64,000 nt of DNA from NCBI GenBank assembly GCA_963575745.1, contig CAUYUJ010000214.1, forward strand, positions 62,001 through 126,000. The letters are read 5' to 3'. A program made the translations under genes and the position numbers. Shown here one piece after another: positions 48,367 through 60,700 of this stretch. The first letter of the stretch is position 1. Every line of letters begins with the position of its first letter. The notes below the pieces were generated by a model. That model had not been told where the DNA came from and did not search any database. It saw only the letters and a list, made by a program, of their open reading frames with translations. Origin of the DNA: Prorocentrum cordatum (taxonomy: Eukaryota).

Positions 48367-51300
48367 CTAGGTGCGATCGTGTGCGTGCGGCCAGGGGCCG
48401 TGGGTGGGGGTCGTTGGGCGTAGGCTCGTCACCGCGCGGGTCTCTGAGTCTGGGCCCGATATCCCCGATGTCTTCTGGTGTGGCTGTCTGGACGCAGGTC
48501 TGGGCCAGTTGCCCCCCAGCCTGCGTGCTCCACCCCAGTTTTTTGACAGTCGACCCCCGTCGAGGACGCTCTCGCCGCTCTCTATGAAGGATGCCACCCT
48601 GTCGCCTGGGTCCGCGAAGCCATCGTCCGCGTCGCAGATCCTGACCTTTTTCGGCTGGCTCCTTGCCCTCCTGGGCTCCCTCCGCTGCTTCAGGTTACCT
48701 CTGCATGGAGGTGCCGAGCTCGTCCTCTCTGGCGTGCCCAAGTGGAATCGCGGTGGTGGCAGCCGTGGCTCGTGTGGCTCGGTGGGCGTGATGTCCTCAA
48801 TCGGCATCCGTGGAGGTGTGCTGGGGCAAGCCTCCTCGTCGCGGCTGAGGTCGATGAACAGCGTCGTCATGGGGGTTTTGGCTGGCTGTGATCGCGGTTG
48901 TGGGGTATTGTTTGGCGTGAGAGGCGTGACGGGCGGAAAAAGTATGTGTCTTGGCGTGGGCTGTTCTGTCGGGATGGGTGAGTCGGCTGGTATCGTTGGT
49001 GAGAGTGAGGCGAGGTCTGTCGGGGCTTCGTCCTCCTTCTCCTTGCGCAGGCCTTGGCGGATCTTCGTCTCTTCGTCCTGCAGGTCGGCGTCGTCGGATT
49101 CGCCAATTGGGATGCAGTCGCTGCTCGCCCGTACGTCGAGTAGCCCTGAGTGCGAGAATGAGCCGACGCTGTTGTGCTCCTCGATGTGCGGGCGCTGCTG
49201 AGGTGGTGGTGGAGGTAGCGGACACTCTTCGGCGGATGTCCTCGGCACGAAGCTTTGGTCCTGGAAGCTGAGGTCGTCGCACGACGAGAGGGTAGGCTCC
49301 TCTGGCGTTGGCATCGGCGATGTGTGGGACCTCTCTCCAAATCCCACCTCGGCCAACTCCTCGAGGTACGGCGGTAGTTCTGGGTGTGGAAGTTCGTACT
49401 GGCTAGGTAGTAGCCGAAGTAAGTCTGCCTCCAGTTGCTCCCTCTGGTACGCGCCCTCCTGCTCCGCCATGCCTTGGTCGCGCTCACTCGTGACTGGGTC
49501 TTCCATGAGGTCGTCCGTCATGTCGATTAGCAGGTCCTCGTCCACTTGTCCTCCTGCTCCCCAGGCGTCCCGTAGTGCGTTCTGGAGTCCTGCCGTTTGC
49601 AAATCATGTGCGCGTTGGAGGTCTTGTAGTTGCTGCTGCCTCTGTGCGTCGTTCATATACTGGTTGTGGGCGTAGTGCTGCGCCACGGCCTGCATCTCCT
49701 GCTGGTGCTGGTGCTGCAGAGTGCTGTGGTACTGCTGCGCCGCTTGGTTCTCCACCTCCTGCTGATGCTGTAGTGCCTGGAGCTCGCTTGTGGCCGCTGC
49801 TTGTCGCTGCAGTGCCACCCCCTCCATCCTTTGGGCTTTGTCCACCGCCTCCTGGTGCTCCCCGACGCGCTCCAGGTACTTGTCCTGCTCGTGTTGCATC
49901 TCGTATGCCTTCGCCTGGATGGCTGCGTGCTCCAGGTTCAGGACGACCCGCATCGCTTCGCGCCTGTTGGCTTCCTCCTGGTGCTCGTAGGCCATCTGCT
50001 GGTAGTTCACTGCGATCCGCAGCTCCTCATCTTTGTAAGCGCTGCGACGGGCGCATCGCTCCTGGTACTCCGCCTCCGCCATCTCCTGCGTCGCCTTTTC
50101 GTTGTGCTCCTGCGCCATCTTGTACCCCTGGGCCTCCTGAGCCGCCATCTGTCTCACAGCTTGCTCTTCCTGCCTGGCTTTCTGGACCTGCTGCGTGTAG
50201 ATGGCTGCTCTTCTCTGGTCTTCCTTGTGCATCTCCTCGCGTAGTGTCTTCTTTTCCAACTCAATATGCATTTGCAAGTCCACGCGCATCCCTTTGGCCC
50301 TTTCCTCCTGTGTCCTCTGGGTGCCTCTTTGTGCTTCGTATGCTTTCGCTTCCTCCTCCTCCAGCTTGGCGTTATGCTGCCGCTTGAGCGCGTTAACCTC
50401 CCATGTGTGCCACTCCTCCTGCTTGGCCAGCTGCACTTCGGTCGTGTGGTATATCTTTTGCGCCATGGTCTGCTCGTAGGCCTTCAGCTCGCTTTTGTGC
50501 TTGAGCTCTGCTTGTGCCAGCAGGTCGCTTTGCTGCTGTTCCTTTTTCTGCTGCGAGTCGAGCCTCTCGGTCAGTCTCCTGATGGCGTCTTTGATCTCGT
50601 CTGGTGCTGCTGGGGCTGGCCGTGGCTGCTGAGCTGCTGGGGCTGGCTGAGCTGTGGCTGGCTGGGCTGTGGCTGGTGCCGCTGGAGCTGCCGATGGGTC
50701 GCGCCTTCTCCTCGCGGCCGGGTGTGGCGTGCGTCCTCTGGTGGGATCATGGCTCCCCTCTTCCTCTGACGATTCCTCCTTTACGCCCGCCGACTTTGCC
50801 ATTTGATCTCTGGTTTCCCTCATCAGGGTCTTGTAGACCCTGATGGTTCTGGCGGCCGTCGCCTCCTGGTCGAGCATCTTGCTGAGCCGCTTCTCCATCT
50901 CGGCATGCTCCTCCTCCAGTTTTTCCAGCGTAGCCCTGAGCTGCTTCATGCGCTCTTTGTGGGGCAGGACGAAGGAGATGTTCGTGGCGGTGATCGCCGC
51001 TTCCTGCTCGAGGCTGGTTGTGCACAAGCCCGCCAGCCTAGCACCAGCGATGTTTTCGGAGAGGCGACCCAGCCTGTGGCACTTCGTCTTGTACCACACG
51101 AACCTCATCTCCTCGTCATCTGGTGGTGCGGACCAGCTCTCGTGCTCCATCGCGACGGCGAAGGAGACTGGCGTGATGCTGTCCAGGACTGCCTTCTGCT
51201 GGGGGCTGTACTGGAAGCTGCCGATGTAGGCTGCGGCAGGAGTGTCGAGCTGGTCCCTTCTTTTGCGCCTGCTGCTTCTCCTTCTGGCTGAGGCGCTCCT

Positions 51301-51786
51301 CCATGGTGCACTGTGCTTCCAGTGCTGGTCGCTGTCGCTTCGCTGCTGGTGCTGTGGGTGCTTTTGCTGGTGCTGGTGTTGGGCTGGCTGGTGGTGGTGC
51401 TTGTGGGTCTGAGGCTGCTGCTGCTTCTGCTGGCTGTGCTGCCGCCTCTGTGCATTGTGCTGCTGGTATCCGTTGCGCTGGCGCTGGTGGTGCTGGCTGT
51501 CATCGCGGGCCCACTCCCAGGGTCGCCCTCCGATGGCACCGATGTCTCCTGACCAGTCTCTGGCGCTGCTGCTGCGCCTGCGCTGGTGCTGCTGCTGCGC
51601 CTTCGTCGTCATCTCGCTGCTGCTGCGGCTGCGCTGGTGCTGCTGCTGGCGCTGGGGCTGCTGCGCTGAGTGGTGGCTGTTGAGGACGTTGGCCGCCTCC
51701 ACCACGCGCAGCAGGGCCCTCGCCGAGGAGCGGCGTGCCCTCTCCCGCCTGTGCCAGGCGGGCTCCAGAGGCGTCTGGCCCCACGT
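48367..51786 (-). CDS. LINE ORF1-like protein, Q/E/A-rich coiled coil with a disordered C-terminus
   Basis: The 1112-aa ORF stays open upstream to 51837. A possible mutated start, GCC-ACG, is at 51786, followed by PAWHRRERARRSSARALLRV...SHHS. Long heptad-like Q/E/K/A segments; position directly upstream of ORF2. Confidence 0.7.
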   Translation of the reverse strand, partial: TWGQTPLEPAWHRRERARRSSARALLRVVEAANVLNSHHSAQQPQRQQQHQRSRSSSEMTTKAQQQHQRRRSSSARDWSGDIGAIGGRPWEWARDDSQHHQRQRNGYQQHNAQRRQHSQQKQQQPQTHKHHHQPAQHQHQQKHPQHQQRSDSDQHWKHSAPWRSASARRRSSRRKRRDQLDTPAAAYIGSFQYSPQQKAVLDSITPVSFAVAMEHESWSAPPDDEEMRFVWYKTKCHRLGRLSENIAGARLAGLCTTSLEQEAAITATNISFVLPHKERMKQLRATLEKLEEEHAEMEKRLSKMLDQEATAARTIRVYKTLMRETRDQMAKSAGVKEESSEEEGSHDPTRGRTPHPAARRRRDPSAAPAAPATAQPATAQPAPAAQQPRPAPAAPDEIKDAIRRLTERLDSQQKKEQQQSDLLAQAELKHKSELKAYEQTMAQKIYHTTEVQLAKQEEWHTWEVNALKRQHNAKLEEEEAKAYEAQRGTQRTQEERAKGMRVDLQMHIELEKKTLREEMHKEDQRRAAIYTQQVQKARQEEQAVRQMAAQEAQGYKMAQEHNEKATQEMAEAEYQERCARRSAYKDEELRIAVNYQQMAYEHQEEANRREAMRVVLNLEHAAIQAKAYEMQHEQDKYLERVGEHQEAVDKAQRMEGVALQRQAAATSELQALQHQQEVENQAAQQYHSTLQHQHQQEMQAVAQHYAHNQYMNDAQRQQQLQDLQRAHDLQTAGLQNALRDAWGAGGQVDEDLLIDMTDDLMEDPVTSERDQGMAEQEGAYQREQLEADLLRLLPSQYELPHPELPPYLEELAEVGFGERSHTSPMPTPEEPTLSSCDDLSFQDQSFVPRTSAEECPLPPPPPQQRPHIEEHNSVGSFSHSGLLDVRASSDCIPIGESDDADLQDEETKIRQGLRKEKEDEAPTDLASLSPTIPADSPIPTEQPTPRHILFPPVTPLTPNNTPQPRSQPAKTPMTTLFIDLSRDEEACPSTPPRMPIEDITPTEPHEPRLPPPRFHLGTPERTSSAPPCRGNLKQRREPRRARSQPKKVRICDADDGFADPGDRVASFIESGESVLDGGRLSKNWGGARRLGGNWPRPASRQPHQKTSGISGPDSETRAVTSLRPTTPTHGPWPHAHDRT

Positions 51787-52213
51787 GGCGCGCCAGCGGG
51801 CGCGCAGCCAGGCGCAGGGTCGCGGCTGCGGCGTCGGCTATCGCCGACCCGCCGCGGCGCGCGAGCCCGGCCCCGCGGGCGGCCGATCACGATTGGCGTG
51901 AGTCGATCGGCGCGATCGAACGATCAGGCCGAACGGATGATCGTTCACGGCCCTGGCCCGCCAGAGGCCAGATGGGCTTCCTCCTCCTCCTCCTCCTCCT
52001 CCTCCTCCTCCTCCTCCTCCTCCTCCTCCTCCTCCCCCTCCTCCCCCTCCTCCTCTGCGTGCAGGGCAGCGACCTGCAAGGTTGCGCGCCTGGCCGCGGC
52101 GGGGGCGTGCTGTGTCGCTTGGGCCCGGGCTCGCGGAGCCCGAGGGCCCGCGGGCCGCAGGCGGCCGGCGGCAGGCTGCACTGGCTGGCTCGTGCCAGTG
52201 GTGGTGCCCCGTC

Positions 52214-52383
52214 GGGCGACGAAATCTATACATATCCACTGCTCCCTGACCATGCCCATCCTGAACCCAGGAGCTGTGTATGCGCCCTCCTGGCCAAGCC
52301 AGGAGGGCGTGGCGTAGACACCGCTGCGGGGTTGAGGATGGGCCTGGCCTGGGAGCAGTGGATATGTATAGATTTCGTCGCCC
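52214..52383. repeat. 170-bp foldback (long imperfect palindrome)
   Basis: Outer arms GGGCGACGAAATCTATACATATCCACTGCTCCC and its exact reverse complement; centre CGCCCTCCTGGC-CAA-GCCAGGAGGGCG. Confidence 0.93.
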
Positions 52384-52808
52384 TACCCCGGTGCGCAGGG
52401 GGCATCTCGGGGTGCAGCGACGGCGGCGGGCACAGGCCCTTGCGCCGACCGCACCTGCATGAGCGGCCGTGCGTCAGGGGCTCCATTTTAGGGGAGGGCA
52501 GGCGCAGGCTCGGGGGAGGACGCAGCGACCCCCCCGTCGCCCAGCCACTGCCCATGCTCCCTGGGGAGGTTGTGCAGCTCGCGCGCACGGTTCGTCTCCC
52601 AGCCCCCCTGTGGAGTTCCACGTTCACGCGGGGCGCCGCGTGATTCGATTTTGCCGTCGTCGGCCGCGACAGACTCAACATTGAGATTGGGGGTCCGGGG
52701 GGGGGTGTCAAGAGTTTGAATTTGAAAAAAACAGTTGCGCCATTTTTCCAAGGGGGGGGTCGGGCCCCATGGCCCACCCTGCTGAGGAGCGTACGGATTC
52801 GCTTTCAG

Positions 52809-52850
52809 GGGCCTATCGCCGATCCATCGGCGATGCATCGCCAGCTCAAG
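52809..52850 (+). CDS. Candidate host micro-exon (GPIADPSAMHRQLK)
   Basis: TTTCAG|G acceptor, AAG|GC donor, 42 nt. Confidence 0.3.
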
Positions 52851-53896
52851 GCCTATGTTTGCCTCCCTGGGACGGCCCCCCCCGACGTTCCACTTCGGTG
52901 TCGGCGGCGCCAGGTGCCAGCAGGGAGACGGTTGGGAGCGCGGGCCGACGGCCAGGCGTGGGCATCTCGCGCAGCAGGCACGTCGACCAAGAGTTCGGCC
53001 TGCCAGCAGGTTCCCTACGGAGGTGTCTTCTCTCCTGATGGCCCTGGGGACTCACAGAAGCGCTGGCATACCTGAGTACCCTCGAAGATCGACAAAGCAT
53101 GTGCCCCAGGGTTTCTTATAGCAGCGTTAGCCAGCGTGGGCCCAATCTTGCAACCTGTGCGGCGCAGTGTCGGTGGTGCAATCAGTGTGGTGCAATCTAG
53201 GTGGTGCAGTCAATCTGGTGCACTATTCGTGGTGCAACGCAATGCAAATCAATGCCAAGTAACGCAACATAATGCACAATCAGTGCACGTCAACGCAAAC
53301 ATGGAATGCAATGCACACCAATGCATTGCAAGGCACAGCAATGGAAGGCAATGCCAGGCAATGCATGCCAATGCAAAGCAATGCAAAGTCGACTCTCGCA
53401 ACATCAAAATCCGGACCAGGGACGACGGCGACGTGTCGCGACCTGCTGCCACAGGCTGGCCGGACCGACAACCAGGCCCAATTCCCCAGAAGAGAAGCGT
53501 GAGGCCCCAAGTGCAGGCACCGTGTGTGGGGGGAGGGTCTCCTGTCGTAGGTGTTTACTGCGCCCGTCAGACCAGCAACCAGCGCGCAGCCAGGCAGAGC
53601 GAGTCGGGCTGCAGCCAGCAGGCAGCAGGGCAGGCAGCGGCGGTGGTGGCGGCGGCGGCGGCGGCGGCAGCAGCGATGGGTGGCCAGCCGCCAGTCAACC
53701 AGGCAGCGGCGGCGGCGGCAGCAGCGCGCCACCTCCCTGAGGCGGTCGCGTTCAGTGCGGAGCTGCACGAGTCCTCCATGGGCGGCGGCGCGTCTGCTGC
53801 TGCAGTGGGCTGGGCTGGACGGCCGCTGTCTACGACAGGATGCTGGCCGCCACGAAGGCGTGGGGCTGCCACCTCTGAGCCAGGAGGGCGAGGTAC

Positions 53897-54832
53897 AGGA
53901 GGAGGAGGAGGAGTAGGAGGAGGAGGAGGAGGAGGAGGAGGAGGAGGCTGAGCATATAAACGAGGATATGCAGGGGGAGGAACAGAGGAATGACAACACA
54001 TATTAGGACGAGGATGAGGATGAGGATTCTGATTATGCTGCTGCTGATGATGACGATGATGATGCTGCTGATGATGATGCTGATGACGATGACGATGGCG
54101 ATGATCATGCTGATACTGATGCTGACGTTGCTGATGATGGCAATGCTGATAATGCTGCTGCTGATGATGCAGCTGCTGATGATGATCATGTCGGCGATGA
54201 TGACGATGCTGCTGCTCATGATGATGCTGCTGATGCTGATGACGATTGTAATATTGATGATGCTAATGCTGATGATGCAGAAGTCCTAGCCCAATCCCTA
54301 CTAATTGGTCCTTTGCCTCTCCCCTCCCTAGTTCCTATGCCTCCCCTAATTCCTATGGCTATGCCTATGCCTATGCTTCCCCCTAACTCCTATGCCTGAT
54401 CCTATGCCTATGCGTGCTTGCTTGCTTGCTTGCTTGCTTGCACGCTTGCTTGCTTGCTGAGTTGTGGATTCCAAGCATGCTTGATTCCTCTGATTCCTTG
54501 ATTTGAATCGTCTAATCTTTTTTGGAATCAACGCTGGCTGATATGATGACGATGACTATGCTGATGATGCTGCTGCTGCTACTACTGATGATGATGCTGT
54601 TGGTGGGTGGTGCTGATGATGCCGTCGATGATGCTGGTGATGATGATGATGCTCATGATGATGCTGCTGATGATGCTGATGATGAGTATGCTGATGCTAC
54701 TGATGGTGCGGATGCTGCTGACGATAACGTTGGTGATGCTGATGATGATAACGATGATAACGGTGCTGATGATGATGATGCTGCTGCTGATGCTGATAAT
54801 GCTGATGATGATGCTGATGATGGTGATGATGG

Positions 54833-54874
<42 letters not shown>

Positions 54875-55390
54875 GTATGATGAATATGATGATGATGGTG
54901 ATGATGATGACGATTGTGATGATGATGCTGATGCTGATGATGATGCTGATTATGATGATGCTGATGATGATGGTGATGAAGATCATGCTACGTTGGAGGA
55001 GTTGGTTAAGGAATAGTTCCAGGAGGCGGCAGACCCTGAATGATTCCTTATTCACAAAGGGCGGCGGTGATATCTATGGCCGGTCCACGATTGGAGTTCC
55101 TTTGGCTTCCAATCCCTGGATTCCTTATGATGGTGATTATGATGATTATGATGATGTTTATGATGCTGATGCTGATTCTGATGATTATGGTGCCGATGCT
55201 AATGATGCTGATGATGCTGATGTTGATGACGCTGACGGTGATGGTGATGATGATGGTGTTGATGATGATGAGGATGATGCTGATGATAATGCTGTGGATG
55301 TTGATGGTGAGGATGGTGATGATGCTGGTGATGATGCTGTTGGTGATGACGATGCAGATGAATGATGATGGTGATGATGATGATGCTGGC

Positions 55391-55437
<47 letters not shown>

Positions 55438-55803
55438 CGATGCTAATGCTGATGCTGAAGCTGACGATGGTGATGCTGACGATGGTGATGATGCTGATGA
55501 TGATGCTGATGATGCTGAGGTTGATGACACTGACGGTGATGATGATGCTGATGATGATGATGATGATGATGGTGTTGATGATGATGCTGATGATGATGCT
55601 GTGGATGTTGATGGTGAGGATGGTGATGATGCTGGTGATGATGCTGTTGATGATGAGGATGCTGATGGCTGATGATGGTGATGCTGATGGTGATGATGAT
55701 GATGATGACGATGCTAATGCTCAGGCTGATGTTGATGATGATGCTGATGATGATGATGCTGGTGATGATTATGATGATGATGACGATGCTGGTGATGATG
55801 ATA

Positions 55804-55857
<54 letters not shown>

Positions 55858-55966
55858 CTGATGGGGAAGAAGAGGAGGAGGAGAAGTAGGAGGAGGATGA
55901 GTAGGAGGCGGAGGAGGAGGAGGACGAGGAGCAGGAGGAGGAGGAGGAGGAGGAGGAGGAGGAGGA
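53897..55966. repeat. (GAT)n-dominated microsatellite block with short unique islands
   Basis: Direct reading. Confidence 0.95.
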
Positions 55967-57337
55967 ACTGGAGCATCGCGTGGAGAGAGGGGAGAAGGAT
56001 TTGGACTCTCCTTGTTCTCGCCCAGCGACCAGGTGGACAGGAAGCTTCTTGGCATTTGCAATTTCGTATGCGGCGCCAGATCAGAAACTTGCCTGCCAGC
56101 AGGTGTCCCAGGAAGTTGTCTCATCCCCCGATGGCCCTGGGAGTCCGCAGAACTCTCGGGGCAATCAAGGAAGCTCCTAGGTCATCGGCAAACGTGCCCC
56201 AATACAGGATCGCATGTGCTTGCTGGGTTGCGTCCCCGCGCTTGGACAGCTGTCTGCCCTACTTCTTGGACTGGGTCTACTTGGGTGGCGAACGGGAGCA
56301 GGAGAAATGGAGGAAGAGGGGGAAAAGGTGGTGGAAGAGGAGCACGAGGAGGAGAGGGAGGAGGGGAATGGGGAGGAGGAGGAGGGGGAGGAGGAGGAGG
56401 AGGAGAAGAAGGGGGAGGAGGAGGAGGAGGAGGAGGAGGAGGAGGGAGGAGGAGGAGAAGGAGGCGGAGGAGGAGGAGAAGGAGGAGGCTGAGGAGGAGA
56501 GGGAGGCTGGAGAGAGGGGAGGGTTGGGAGGGAGGAGACGGAGGAGGGGAATGGGGAGGCGGACGCGGAGGATGCGGCCTTGCGGCTGCGAGTAGGGGGC
56601 GCCAGTTAGAGCCCGATGCCCTTGCGCACGGCGTGGGATCGCGGGCGCCCGAGGCTCCAGGAGGGCTTCCTGGATGCCCAGGGGGGGCCCCAGGCCCGCG
56701 GCCGGACCGAGCACGAGATGGAAGGGTCCTCTCCGCCTCTTCTTGCCCTTGCCTTTTTCGGTTTCTCTTTATTTCTCCCCCTCTCTCTCTCTCCCTCTCT
56801 TCTCTCTCTCTCTCTCTCTCTCCCTTCTCCCTCTCTCTCCCTCCCCCTTTTCTGTTCTCCCCCTCTCCCTCCCTCTCTCTATCCCTCTCTTCTCTCTCTC
56901 TCTCTTCTCCCTCTCGCTCCCTCTCCCTCTCTAGCTTCCTCTCTATATCCCTCTCTATCTCCCTCTCGTGCTCCCTCTCTCGTTCCCTCAATCTTACTCC
57001 CTTTGTCTCCCTCTCTTGCTCTCTATTTCCGTTCCTCGCTCCCTCTCTTTCCCCCCCTCTCTCTTTCTCGAGTTGGTTTGAGGCGTGTTCAGGTGCGCCC
57101 CTGCTGCTCGGCCTCACATCCTGTTGCGCGCTGCGTGTTGTGTCTTGTACTGCCTACCGCGTATGGCGTGTTCGTGCTGCGAGGGTAGGCCGAAGAGGAG
57201 GAACGGGAGGCGGATGGCGAGGGGGGGGAGGGTGGTGGGGGCCGAGGCTGGGCGTGTCGAGGGGAGGCGTAGGAGGAACGAGGGAGGGGGACGTGGAGGA
57301 CGATGGTGGGGATCATGTGCTGGGGAGGCAGGGTTGC

Positions 57338-57792
57338 GATGATGACGACGAACATGATGGTGATGCCGCTGGTATGGATGACGCTGATGCTGCTGATGCT
57401 GATGATGATGATGACGACGAGCATGCTGATGCTGATGCTGAAGAGGGTGATGCTGCCGATGATGCGAACGATGAGGATGAAGACGATGCTGAGGATCACG
57501 GTACTGATGATGTTGTTGTTGATTATGGTACTGATTATGATGATGATGATGATGATGTTGATGATGATGATGATGATGATGCTGACGCAGATGATGATGA
57601 TGCTGATGGTGATGATGATCATGATGTTGATGATGATGCTGGTGATGATGATGCTGATGATGATGATGCTGATGGTGCTGTTGATGCTGATGGTGACGAT
57701 GATGACGATGGTGCTGATGTTCGTGATGCTGACGTTGGTGCTGCTGCTGCTGATGATGATGATGATTATGATGATGAGGATGATGATGATGC

Positions 57793-57833
<41 letters not shown>

Positions 57834-57987
57834 GCGAGGGTGCTGATGATGACGATGGTGATGCTGATCACGATTTTTGTGGTGGTAGTGATGGATTCTG
57901 TGGGGAAGGGTGAGGAGGAGAAAGGAGGATGAGGACGATGATGACCAGGATGATGCTGATGCTGATGCTGATGCTGCTGGTGATGAC

Positions 57988-58018
<31 letters not shown>

Positions 58019-58034
58019 CTGATGCTGATGTTGG

Positions 58035-58069
<35 letters not shown>

Positions 58070-58092
58070 CTGAAGCTGATGATGATGATGAC

Positions 58093-58134
<42 letters not shown>

Positions 58135-58304
58135 ACTGATGCTGCGACTGCTGCTGCTGCTGCTGATGATGATGATGCTGATGCTGCTGCTGATGATGAT
58201 GATGCTGATGATGCTGATGGTGATGATGATGGTGATGATGATGATGATGCTGCTGATGAGGATGATGTTGATGATGATGATGGTGATGATCGATGATGAT
58301 GATA

Positions 58305-58361
<57 letters not shown>

Positions 58362-58362
58362 T

Positions 58363-58400
<38 letters not shown>

Positions 58401-58442
58401 CTGCTGCTGATGATGATGCTGCTGATGATGATGATGCTGATA

Positions 58443-58491
<49 letters not shown>

Positions 58492-58571
58492 GATGATGAT
58501 GATGATGATGATTCTGATGGATGATGATGATGATGATGATGATGATGTGCTGACGATGCTGATGATGATGC

Positions 58572-58645
<74 letters not shown>

Positions 58646-58646
58646 C

Positions 58647-58716
<70 letters not shown>

Positions 58717-59855
58717 CGATGACGACGATGATAGTGATGGTGATGGCGAAGAGCAGCAGGGAGGAGGAGGAGGAGGAGGAGGAGGAGGAGGAGGAGGAGG
58801 AGGAGGAGAGGAGGAGGAGAGGAGGAGGAGGAGGACAGGGACGCACAGGGCGAGGAGGAGGAGGAGGAGGAGGAGGAGGAGGAGGAGGAGGAGGAGGAGG
58901 AGGAGGAGGAGGAGGAGGAGGAGGAGGAGGAGGCGGAGGAGGAGGAGGAGGAGGAGGAGGAGGAGGAGGAGGAGGAGGAGGAGGAGGAGGAGGAGGAGGA
59001 GGAGGAGGAGGAGGAGGAGGAGGGGGGAGGAGGAGGTGGAGGGAGGAGGAGGAGAGGAAGAGGAGAAGGAGGAGGAGGAGGAGGAGGAGGAGGAGGAGGA
59101 GGAGGAGGAGGAGGAGGAGGAGGAGGAGGAGGAGGATGGGAGGAGGCGGAGGAGGAGGAGGAAGAGAATGAGAAGGAGGTGAGAAGGAGGCGGAGGAGGA
59201 GGAGGTGGGGAGGAGGAGGAGGAGGAGGAGGAGGAGCAGCAGTGGCTGGAGCCGGAGGAGCAGGAGCAGATGCAGGAGCAGGAACAGAAGAATTAGCAGG
59301 AGCATAAGGTGGGAGGAGGAGATGAAGGAGCAGGAGCCGGTAAAGCAGGAGCATGATGAGGAGGCGGAGGAGGAGGAGGAGGAGGAGGAGGAGGAGGAGG
59401 AGGAGGAGGACGACGACGAGGGGGAGGACGAGGAGGAGGAGGAGGACCAGCAGCAGGATGAGCGCGGGAAGGAGCACCAGCGGTGCTCGGAGCCCGCCCC
59501 ACGAAGGCCTGGCCCTCGCCGCGGCACGGGCCGCGGCGCGCCAGCAGGGCGCCCGCCGCAGGCAGCCGCGCGTGGAGCGGGAGGGGCCACGATCAGGAAC
59601 TCGTGCGCAGCGTGTCGCCCCGCCAGTTCTGGGCCTCCCTTCCCGCGGAGCGGAGCGGCGTGCCTCGATAGCGTGTCGCCAGGGCTGACGAGAGACACGC
59701 TAAGCAGCAGGAGGAGGAGGAGGAGGAGGAGGAGGAGGAGGAGAAGGAGGAGGAGAAGGAGGACGAGGAGGAGGAGGAGGCGGAGGCGGAGGCGGAGAGG
59801 GAGGAGGAGGAGGCGGAGGATGATGAGGAGGAGGAGAAGGGATGATGATGACGAT

Positions 59856-59886
<31 letters not shown>

Positions 59887-60448
59887 ATGCTGATGATGCT
59901 GATGATGCTGATGATGATAATGAGGGTGATGGTGATGATGCTGATGATGATGAGGAGGAGGAGGAGGAGGAGGAGGAGGAGGCGGAGGCGGAGGAGGAGG
60001 AGGAGGAGGAGGAGGAGGAGGAGGAGGAGGAGGAGGAGGAGGAGGAGGAGGGTGGGGGGTGGGAGGAGTAGGAAGGAGGGTGTTTCGCGGTCGCGCTTTA
60101 GAGGGAGGGGAAGGGGTTACGACCACATTTCCCGCCCTCCTTCGTGAAAAAGGGGAATCCCAGTGCCTCGGTTGAATCCCCAGAAGAGGTCTTGAACCCC
60201 CCGAAAGGTTATGGTGATCATGATCGTGATGCTAATAATAATGATGCTGATGACGATGGTGTTGTTGTTGATGATGATATTGATGATGATGATGATGATG
60301 ATGATGGTGATGATGATGCTGATGATGATGATCGTGATGGTGATAGTGATGATGCTGCTGATGATGATGACGAGGATGACGATGACGACGATGGCGGTGA
60401 TGATGCTGACGATGATGCCGATGATGCTGCTGATGATGATGATGCTGC

Positions 60449-60481
<33 letters not shown>

Positions 60482-60700
60482 CGATGGTGCTGATGGTGAT
60501 TATACTGATTTTGCTGTTTTTGGTGATGATGTTGATGCTGATGCTGATGCTGCTGCTGAGGATGCTGATGAAGATGACGATTCTGGCGACCGTAATCATG
60601 AGGATGAGAAGGGCGAGGATGATGGTTTGAGGATGACGATTGTGCGGTTGGTGATTGTCATGGTGATGGTGTTGAGGAGGACCACTGTTTATGGTGGTGA
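57338..60700. repeat. (GAT)n/(GGA)n microsatellite block with short unique islands
   Basis: Direct reading. Confidence 0.95.

Larger units (their letters stand above)
40548..51837 (-). mobile_element. Non-LTR (LINE-like) retrotransposon, near full length; true ends unresolved (3' UTR probably extends below 40548)
   Basis: Long ORF1 followed by an ORF2 with RNase H, APE endonuclease, non-LTR RT, zinc fingers and a C5-MTase-like domain. No LTRs; no poly(A) or TSD identified. Confidence 0.9.

Noticed and set aside
57089..59698. Long ORFs (poly-M/D/H/E/P/R/L/S) here and at 1.9-3.1, 8.4-10.3, 13-14.6, 20.7-22.4 and 54-56 kb
   Set aside because: They are translations of stop-free microsatellites, with no protein motifs.
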